Shown one piece after another: positions 57,257 to 64,000 of a stretch of 64,000 nt of DNA. The translations under genes were made by a program, and so were the position numbers. The notes beneath the pieces are model-generated. The model searched no databases and was not told the DNA's origin. It saw only the letters and a list, made by a program, of their open reading frames with translations. Position 1 is the first letter of the stretch. Every line of letters starts with the position of its first letter. Source of the DNA: a virus (taxonomy: Duplodnaviria > Caudoviricetes); IMG/VR virus record IMGVR_UViG_3300032007_000001, one strand, 5' to 3'.

Positions 57257-57748
57257 ATGGCAGCTCCAGTAGTTAAATTTTATGACGAATCAGGTACAAA
57301 CGAAATCACCAGCTGGCCTCTCGGTGAAGTAGATGCAGGTAACGAAACAACTCATCTTAGATTTACCGTTTGGAACAACAAGGGTAATTCAGAAAGTGAT
57401 GTTTCTCACATGAAGAACGTTCGCATTACCACAGTTAACGAATCAGGTGGAGAAACAGGTGATGTTGTTCAGGGTAAATGGGTACATGTAAAGATTAATC
57501 CTCCAGCTAATGATACAAGTGAAGGCATTAGAGTTGGTGGTAACTCAATGGCTAACCAAGCTCAAGTTTGGGCAGCTGGTGTAGATTCTGCAACAGAAGG
57601 CTATATCATTAAAGGTACTAAAAACGATGGTATAAAGGCTCACTGCGCCGAAAACTATGCTTTAATTGAAGCATGGGTAGCTGTTCCAGCTAATGCTAAC
57701 GAAGGTGAAAAACCATTCATCGTTCGTGTTCCTTATTCTTACACTTAA
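57257..57748 (+). CDS. putative virion structural protein
   Basis: W.LG.VDAG..VWNN.G beta-rich pattern; high-expression codon bias; terminator follows. Confidence 0.65.
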   Translation: MAAPVVKFYDESGTNEITSWPLGEVDAGNETTHLRFTVWNNKGNSESDVSHMKNVRITTVNESGGETGDVVQGKWVHVKINPPANDTSEGIRVGGNSMANQAQVWAAGVDSATEGYIIKGTKNDGIKAHCAENYALIEAWVAVPANANEGEKPFIVRVPYSYT

Positions 57749-57819
57749 TTAATCAATTAAAAAAATTAAGAGCATCAATTATTGATGCTCTTTTTTTTTT
57801 TATTATAAAATAGGGAGGA

Positions 57820-58413
57820 ATGTTATCAATGAATGCTATAGAAAATAAACAATCTCCAATGTTTCCAAAACAAGATTATATATGGTATGCAATAGATAAT
57901 AATGATAAATATATATATGAATATGATAATGACTTAAAAGAAACCATGTTTGATTATTTAGATAAGACAAATATTAAACATTTTGGATTATTGGGAAATG
58001 GTCTAACTTTTTCTTTTGATAGAGAATCTGGAACGTTTTATATTAACAATAATCCTATTGATTTGGAAATTTTTATTGAAGATAAAAAATTGTCTTTTGT
58101 TGGAGAAAAAGACATCATACAATTTAAGATGGCTCATACTGATGGTGTTATAAAGAAAAATCAATTGCAAAGATATAGAAGAACAATTGATGGATTTTTT
58201 ATGGGCTATAAAATGAAGATTGATTTTGATAGGAAAGATTTATTTTTGCAAATAAATATAGGAATACCTGTCACTGGTGAGGATAGACGGCCATTTGTGG
58301 GCATCAAAATTACTTCTCCAATAGAAACTATTTGTAATGTAAAATTAAATAAGAAAGAGACTTCAATTGAATTAGAGAAAGATAAATCCAATTTTACAAA
58401 TATTTATTTTTGA
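57820..58413 (+). CDS. hypothetical phage protein
   Basis: GGGAGG RBS. Confidence 0.7.
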   Translation: MLSMNAIENKQSPMFPKQDYIWYAIDNNDKYIYEYDNDLKETMFDYLDKTNIKHFGLLGNGLTFSFDRESGTFYINNNPIDLEIFIEDKKLSFVGEKDIIQFKMAHTDGVIKKNQLQRYRRTIDGFFMGYKMKIDFDRKDLFLQINIGIPVTGEDRRPFVGIKITSPIETICNVKLNKKETSIELEKDKSNFTNIYF

Positions 58414-58498
58414 TTTAATGTATTTGTGTGATGAATGAATATTTACAAAATAATGGTATTAGTAAAGACTATATATTTATTATGGGTGATATATAATA

Positions 58499-59185
58499 AT
58501 GAAAGTATCTAAAGAATTATATAACTTCATACAGAATGCCAATGATTTACAAATTTTGAAAAATTCTATAGAAGAAGATATATCTACTGATTTAACTTAC
58601 GATAAAAAACATATAATTGTTAGAATATTATCTACTCAAGAATATGATAAATATATCAAAAATGAAACTTTAAATGGTAGTATATTAAACAAAAATATAA
58701 ATGTATGGCATTATGATGATACTCCCGGTGAACATGGAATATGCGGTGGTACTCAATCAGTAAACTTAGCAAATGCACTTAATCCAGACCCATCTATAAA
58801 AACGATAATTAATTTTATTACACAAAAAATTTCAAATACAATGAATAATTATTATGCAAGATACAATATTAATATAAATGCAGAATTATCATCTCAAAAT
58901 AGTAATAAATTGTGTAACTTTACATTAATTAGAGATACATTATTAAAATGTTATACTTGGGCGGCGACCAACTATTCATCTATGACTCCAAGTTCATTAT
59001 CAACAACCATAATATCTTGTCAATTAGATAAAAATTTGGCTATAACTGCATACAGTGCAGAATCAACTCGAACAAATTATTTGGGTGAACCATGTTTTAC
59101 TATAATTACAGCAAATATTAATCTTTCTTTTAGACCAGTTTTTAATTATGTAGATAATAATAAATCTAAAAATATTTATTGTTGA
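58499..59185 (+). CDS. FRPVFQY family variable protein
   Basis: VRILSTQEYDKYI..LNGSI..NVWHY..FRPVFNYVDNNKSKNIY. Confidence 0.8.
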   Translation: MKVSKELYNFIQNANDLQILKNSIEEDISTDLTYDKKHIIVRILSTQEYDKYIKNETLNGSILNKNINVWHYDDTPGEHGICGGTQSVNLANALNPDPSIKTIINFITQKISNTMNNYYARYNININAELSSQNSNKLCNFTLIRDTLLKCYTWAATNYSSMTPSSLSTTIISCQLDKNLAITAYSAESTRTNYLGEPCFTIITANINLSFRPVFNYVDNNKSKNIYC

Positions 59186-59194
59186 GTTGATAAT

Positions 59195-59905
59195 ATGAAA
59201 ATAATTAATTTAACAGATGAACAATATAATAATTTAATGAATTCAAATTCATTAGAAGAAATTAAAAGTTTATTATCTCAAAATAATGCAAACAGTAATA
59301 ATATTGTTGATGAGAATTTAATTTCTATTAGAGTTTTATCTAAAAATGAATATAATAAATTCATTGTGAACAGCACTTTGGACGGTGCAATAGTGCAATT
59401 TGATGTTGATTCTTGGCATTATAGTAAATGTTGTAGTGCATTAGAGACTATTTTTGTTATGACAGATTGGTATAATAATTCATCTAGTTTGGTTAATCCA
59501 TATATACCAGCAGATTTACTAAAATTAAATAGAATATCTATATATGGTCAAGGTGAATTTCGTAATTATAAAACATATAATTTTGGAAACAAAAACGGTG
59601 AGATTGTTAACGATAATAAATCATCTGTTTGTAATATTTTACCAAATTATAGTGCATATGTTGTATTATATGGACAAAGTCAATATACTGGTATAACATG
59701 CAAATATTTTTTAGTTGATGATAATAATTTATTAATAGATAAAAATATCACAAATAAAAATTTTACATTATCATCAAATATAATTTATTATCATAGGAAT
59801 AATGAAGCATCAGTTCAATTAGATATTTTATGTGATTTATTTGTTTGTTTTCGTCCTGTTTTTCAATATAAAGATAATGTAAAATCTGAAAACATTTTTA
59901 GTTGA
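59195..59905 (+). CDS. FRPVFQY family variable protein
   Basis: IRVLSKNEYNKFI..LDGAI..WHY..FRPVFQYKDNVKSENIFS. Confidence 0.8.
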   Translation: MKIINLTDEQYNNLMNSNSLEEIKSLLSQNNANSNNIVDENLISIRVLSKNEYNKFIVNSTLDGAIVQFDVDSWHYSKCCSALETIFVMTDWYNNSSSLVNPYIPADLLKLNRISIYGQGEFRNYKTYNFGNKNGEIVNDNKSSVCNILPNYSAYVVLYGQSQYTGITCKYFLVDDNNLLIDKNITNKNFTLSSNIIYYHRNNEASVQLDILCDLFVCFRPVFQYKDNVKSENIFS

Positions 59906-59957
59906 TAAGATTATTTAGATATAGAGATAAAAAAATTTTAAAAGTGAGGTAATTTAG

Positions 59958-60593
59958 ATGTCAGCACCTTTAACAACTGGTAAACTTTGTACAGCAACTA
60001 GCCAAATGGCTATTGGGGATATTATTAAATGCGTATATGAAGCTCCCACAGCCAATGTTGCTGGATATTTTTCTCAACTTGGTGTGTTGGAACCAAAAAT
60101 GAAAGTTATAAATATTTCAAAAAATGGTGAAAATGACCCAAATCCAACAGTTACAGAAAGTTATCAAACATATGCCGAACTTCCTACAACACCAGCAACT
60201 ACAGCTTCTGGATTTTTCTATTTATTAAAAGCAGATGATGGACTTCTTATCGCTGACCGTATGGTACAATCTCAAATTTCTTGGGAAGCTATCAATAAGA
60301 AAAATTATGTATATGGTGGATTGTTTGACATTGTAAATGCAGCTACTGAAAAAACAATTACAACTACAACAGTTACTCGTCCAACACAAGAAGGCGATAC
60401 GGCTGGAAGCCAAACAACAACAACAAATAAATTTGATGGTTCAGAACGTTCTGTTACAACATATACAATTACAACAGCAATTAATGCAGTACCTGTTTCA
60501 GAAGGCAGCGAAGAAACAACAAATATGACAACAATAACAACTGTAGAAACAACCATAGAATATGCTAAAGTTCATGAAAATGAAAACGAATAA
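59958..60593 (+). CDS. virion-associated protein carrying N-terminal half of CLec-like domain plus Thr-rich tail
   Basis: GDIIKC.Y..G.F..GFFY..LIADRMVQSQISWEAIN shared with 61528. Confidence 0.65.
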   Translation: MSAPLTTGKLCTATSQMAIGDIIKCVYEAPTANVAGYFSQLGVLEPKMKVINISKNGENDPNPTVTESYQTYAELPTTPATTASGFFYLLKADDGLLIADRMVQSQISWEAINKKNYVYGGLFDIVNAATEKTITTTTVTRPTQEGDTAGSQTTTTNKFDGSERSVTTYTITTAINAVPVSEGSEETTNMTTITTVETTIEYAKVHENENE

Positions 60594-60726
60594 TTAAAAA
60601 AAGATTGGATTTTTAAGTCCAATCTTTTTTATTTTGTTTATGGTGATAATATGAAACAAATTAATAAATCTACTTCTGATGAAATTTATAATCAAATAAA
60701 AATACTAATACATTGGGTGACTTAAA

Positions 60727-61446
60727 ATGATTAGTATTTCTCAAGAGTTATACAAACAATTAATTAATTCAAATTTAGAAGACAGCTTAAAAAATGAATT
60801 AGTTGCATTGCATAATGCAAATATTGAAACTTACGATAAAAATTTTATGTCTATAAGAATATTATCTCAAGAAGAATATAATAAATATATTATAGAAGGA
60901 ACATGTGACGGAAGCATAATTAAGAAAGATAAACAGGTATGGAATTATATAAATCATAAATATGGGTGGTTTTCAATTTATACTGGTTATACAGATATAT
61001 CAGAGTCTGAATACTTAAAATATGCTAATTCAACTGCTAATGTAAATAATAAATATTTACCAGAAGCAAAATATGATGAATTAATAAAACATGTATATGC
61101 TGGAAACTATTATAATGTTTATCCAGATTTCACATTATACGGTGAATTGATTATAGACAATACTAATGATAATTTTAGTATACATAGCTTTGATTATAAC
61201 CGTAAAATGGAAATCTTAGGTACAGATAATTATGGATATTTCAATAAGATATCAACATCAATATATGATATAAAACGACTTGTTAAAAAAACGCAGATGA
61301 AAATATCAACTTCACTTACTGCTGAATGTGGAATAAGTGGAAGAATACAAAGACCGCATGTACAAGCAACAATTAATCATTATTGTTGTTATCGTCCTGT
61401 TTTTCAATATGTAGATAATAACAAATCTCAAAATATTTTTAGTTGA
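60727..61446 (+). CDS. FRPVFQY family variable protein
   Basis: IRILSQEEYNKYI..DGSI..VWNY..YRPVFQYVDNNKSQNIFS. Confidence 0.8.
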   Translation: MISISQELYKQLINSNLEDSLKNELVALHNANIETYDKNFMSIRILSQEEYNKYIIEGTCDGSIIKKDKQVWNYINHKYGWFSIYTGYTDISESEYLKYANSTANVNNKYLPEAKYDELIKHVYAGNYYNVYPDFTLYGELIIDNTNDNFSIHSFDYNRKMEILGTDNYGYFNKISTSIYDIKRLVKKTQMKISTSLTAECGISGRIQRPHVQATINHYCCYRPVFQYVDNNKSQNIFS

Positions 61447-61527
61447 TGCATAAATTTATGTATCTTTTTTCTTTATTTATTTAATAGGTTAAATCTAAAT
61501 TATCTCAATACAATGAGGTGAAAATTT

Positions 61528-63351
61528 TTGAATACTACATCAGCAATTCCTATTATTTCCAATATTAAGAAGTTGCAACCAGGTAAAGCTATTAAGATGT
61601 CTTATGCAGCAGAATCTGGGAAATTTGGTACTTTTTCATTAGAAGTAAATACTAACGCAACCTTAATAGACCCAAGTAATGCGTCTGTTCCTGATGGGTA
61701 CTTTTATTTTGTATGCGTAGGTTATACAAATGATGGTAAACTTAAATTAGTAGCAGATAGAGTTATACAAACAAACATTTCTTGGGACACATTAAGTACA
61801 GCCGGATTATGTACGGCTGACGGTAAAGCAATAGCTTTAGACCAAAACAAATATGCTAATTGTCAGATTCGTGTTCCATTAGGTTCAAGCTCGGCAACAT
61901 TAGATTTAACCAACGAGAACGAAATGAACGAATGGGATGCAATAATATCTTCAGACAATGACATTAACAACGCTGTTCAAGGCGAGAGTGATTTCTGGAA
62001 TACTTCTGGTGTCAAAACTTGGATAGCAAATACTCCTATTGGCACTATGGCGAACCGTGTAACGCGCGGTTCAGATGTAGAAAGCAATGCTGTAACACAA
62101 ACAAACAAAGCTTCTACATATGTTGGTGCAGATGTTGGATTTAGACCAATTTTGATTGTACCGGATTTACTTGATACAGCTCCGTCTCCAACAGATTTAA
62201 CGTATCCAATATGCGAATTAGAATTAGCAAGAGTAGCAGCTGTTGCTAAACCAGGTCAAGCATTAAAATGTTTGTATACTGTTCTGAGTCCTGGTTCTGC
62301 CGGAGAATTCTATTCGTTAGGTGGAGCTGTTGGTGATGAAATTTCAGACCGTCCACCAGCTGATCCAAATGGAATATTCTATTTTGTTTGTGTTGGTTAT
62401 GAACCATCTGGTGCTTTGAAATTTGTAGCTGATAGAGTTATACAAAGCAGTATATCTTGGGAAGCTCTTAATACGGCCGGATTCTGTACTATGTCTGGTA
62501 AAGACGCTTCTGAATTGACTGGTATTGATGGAAGCTATATTCGATTAATGTCATCAAGTGTTGTTACAAATTCACAAAGTAAATTGTCTTCAGAATGGGA
62601 TGCAATTATCTTCAAAGATACTATTGGCAAAACAGATATTCCAACATCAAAGATTAACGATTGGAATTATTCAAAGACAAAAAGCTGGATGTTAGAAACT
62701 CCATCAATTACAGACGATTTAGGTAATGCTCCAGATATGTCTTATCGTATAGTTCGTGGTCAAGAAGATAAGAATTACGGCGCTGTTGTTAAACGTTCGT
62801 CTTCAAGCAGTTTTACGTCTTCAGCAATTGGATTTAGACCAGTATTGGTAGTTCCTGTTAATACACAAAATATTGCAATGGTAGAAGCAAGAATTACGCC
62901 AACGCACGTTTATAAACGCGATGCTGAAATGTATAACGAATTTATGCTTATAGATGAAGAAGCTACAATTGCAGACGTTACATTTGAATACTTCATTAAT
63001 GACGAGCCACTGTTTGATGAACCAATTCATCCATTGACAACAGAACTTAGAGTAACGATTCCTTATGAAAAACTTCAAAGCGGTAATAATATTGTTTCTA
63101 TAACAGCAAATTGCTTAGGAAAGAATAAGATATTCAAATATACTGTTGTTAAAGAAATTCCAGGTGATACTGTTCGTAAGAGAGAATATCCAGCTTATTC
63201 TGGCGGTTTTGAATTGAATGGTTTATCATTTAGTAACAACTCTGTAACTGGTGCGAAATTCGTTGATGATGTTAGTACCACAAGTGATGTTAGTACTATA
63301 AGTAAAGTAAGATTACCAGCTAAATTGCTAAAAATTGAGATAAAGGAGTGA
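61528..63351 (+). CDS. putative virion protein with two tandem CLec-fold-like domains
   Basis: Twice: FYFVCVGY..LK.VADRVIQ..ISW..L..EWDAII..WN..W..R..RG..GFRP.L.V. Confidence 0.7.
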   Translation: MNTTSAIPIISNIKKLQPGKAIKMSYAAESGKFGTFSLEVNTNATLIDPSNASVPDGYFYFVCVGYTNDGKLKLVADRVIQTNISWDTLSTAGLCTADGKAIALDQNKYANCQIRVPLGSSSATLDLTNENEMNEWDAIISSDNDINNAVQGESDFWNTSGVKTWIANTPIGTMANRVTRGSDVESNAVTQTNKASTYVGADVGFRPILIVPDLLDTAPSPTDLTYPICELELARVAAVAKPGQALKCLYTVLSPGSAGEFYSLGGAVGDEISDRPPADPNGIFYFVCVGYEPSGALKFVADRVIQSSISWEALNTAGFCTMSGKDASELTGIDGSYIRLMSSSVVTNSQSKLSSEWDAIIFKDTIGKTDIPTSKINDWNYSKTKSWMLETPSITDDLGNAPDMSYRIVRGQEDKNYGAVVKRSSSSSFTSSAIGFRPVLVVPVNTQNIAMVEARITPTHVYKRDAEMYNEFMLIDEEATIADVTFEYFINDEPLFDEPIHPLTTELRVTIPYEKLQSGNNIVSITANCLGKNKIFKYTVVKEIPGDTVRKREYPAYSGGFELNGLSFSNNSVTGAKFVDDVSTTSDVSTISKVRLPAKLLKIEIKE

Positions 63352-63358
63352 TAGCCAG

Positions 63359-64000
63359 ATGGAAAGAAGAATGTATGCTTTTAATAGTGGCAATGAATAT
63401 TATGTTCCAAATTCTACTGGCGAAACTCTGCGCATAGTTCCTGAAAATATTAAGGATATGTGGATGACACAAAGTCAATTAGAAGCATTAACAAGTAAAA
63501 CATTGAAACTTGTTGCTGGTATGGATTTGGTAATATATACAACAATTGAAGATGATGAATATACCGTAAGATTGAATAAATATGATGTTACAACTACAAC
63601 TGATGATACTCATATTTCAATGAAAGGTACTAAGTGTATCAACAAAGTCACAATGACAGGTTCATCATCCTGTAAAGCGATGTTTAGTTTTGACAATAGA
63701 CAACATTGGTATAATTTTGATACTGAAACAGGCGAATTCAAAAGAGCCAATTTGGGGAATATTCATGAAGAAGGTATTCCTATCACAACGGTTCAAAACA
63801 TAACATCCGCTCAATGGGACCAAATATTCACAAGAACATTTTTAGATTATGCTGTTTGCGTAGATGCTGGTGAGAAATTTACTGATATTACTGTAAATCT
63901 TCCTGGCAATACTCCTCCAGAAATAAGAAAATTGGAAATGGATATTCACGCAACGCATAGAGAGAATATTAATCTTGCTATTTTAGTAGAAGACCTCGAA
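63359..64000 (+). CDS. partial gene, putative virion protein (runs off window)
   Basis: AAGGAG RBS, ATG 63359 (MERRMYAF...), frame appears open to the end. Confidence 0.65.
   Translation, partial: MERRMYAFNSGNEYYVPNSTGETLRIVPENIKDMWMTQSQLEALTSKTLKLVAGMDLVIYTTIEDDEYTVRLNKYDVTTTTDDTHISMKGTKCINKVTMTGSSSCKAMFSFDNRQHWYNFDTETGEFKRANLGNIHEEGIPITTVQNITSAQWDQIFTRTFLDYAVCVDAGEKFTDITVNLPGNTPPEIRKLEMDIHATHRENINLAILVEDLE

Noticed and set aside
27105-63351. Diversity-generating retroelement
   Set aside because: No reverse transcriptase and no near-identical TR/VR pair differing at adenines was seen in this window; cannot be excluded elsewhere in the genome.

Overview
Very AT-rich, gene-dense 64 kb segment of a large (jumbo-type) bacteriophage, probably infecting a Bacillota host (sigma-A-like promoters, SD sites, tmRNA tag ending in AA). 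It uses the standard code. The window holds tRNAs (Gln, Cys, Asn, Tyr, CAT-anticodon), a tRNA-Ile(UAU) split by a group I intron, a tmRNA, a tRNA-like ncRNA and a pseudo-tRNA. Accessory enzymes include a WGR-PARP, two radical SAM proteins, a U32-like protein, a Ser/Thr phosphatase, a Pol-beta nucleotidyltransferase, a SprT-like protease and a lipoprotein nuclease. A virion/tail module starts at about 54.4 kb. The most striking unexplained structures: (1) four covarying stem-loop RNA units with variable inserts directly upstream of a large helical + TerD-like protein; (2) about 60 divergent small early-type genes all ending in Gly-X-stop; (3) 11 dispersed paralogs with a constant CLec-like frame and hypervariable interior; (4) about 12 mostly acidic proteins sharing an MKxLIKKA-type leader; (5) two tandem-repeat regions and a dispersed cis-element that may be replication origins. 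All calls come from reading the sequence by eye; no searches were run.
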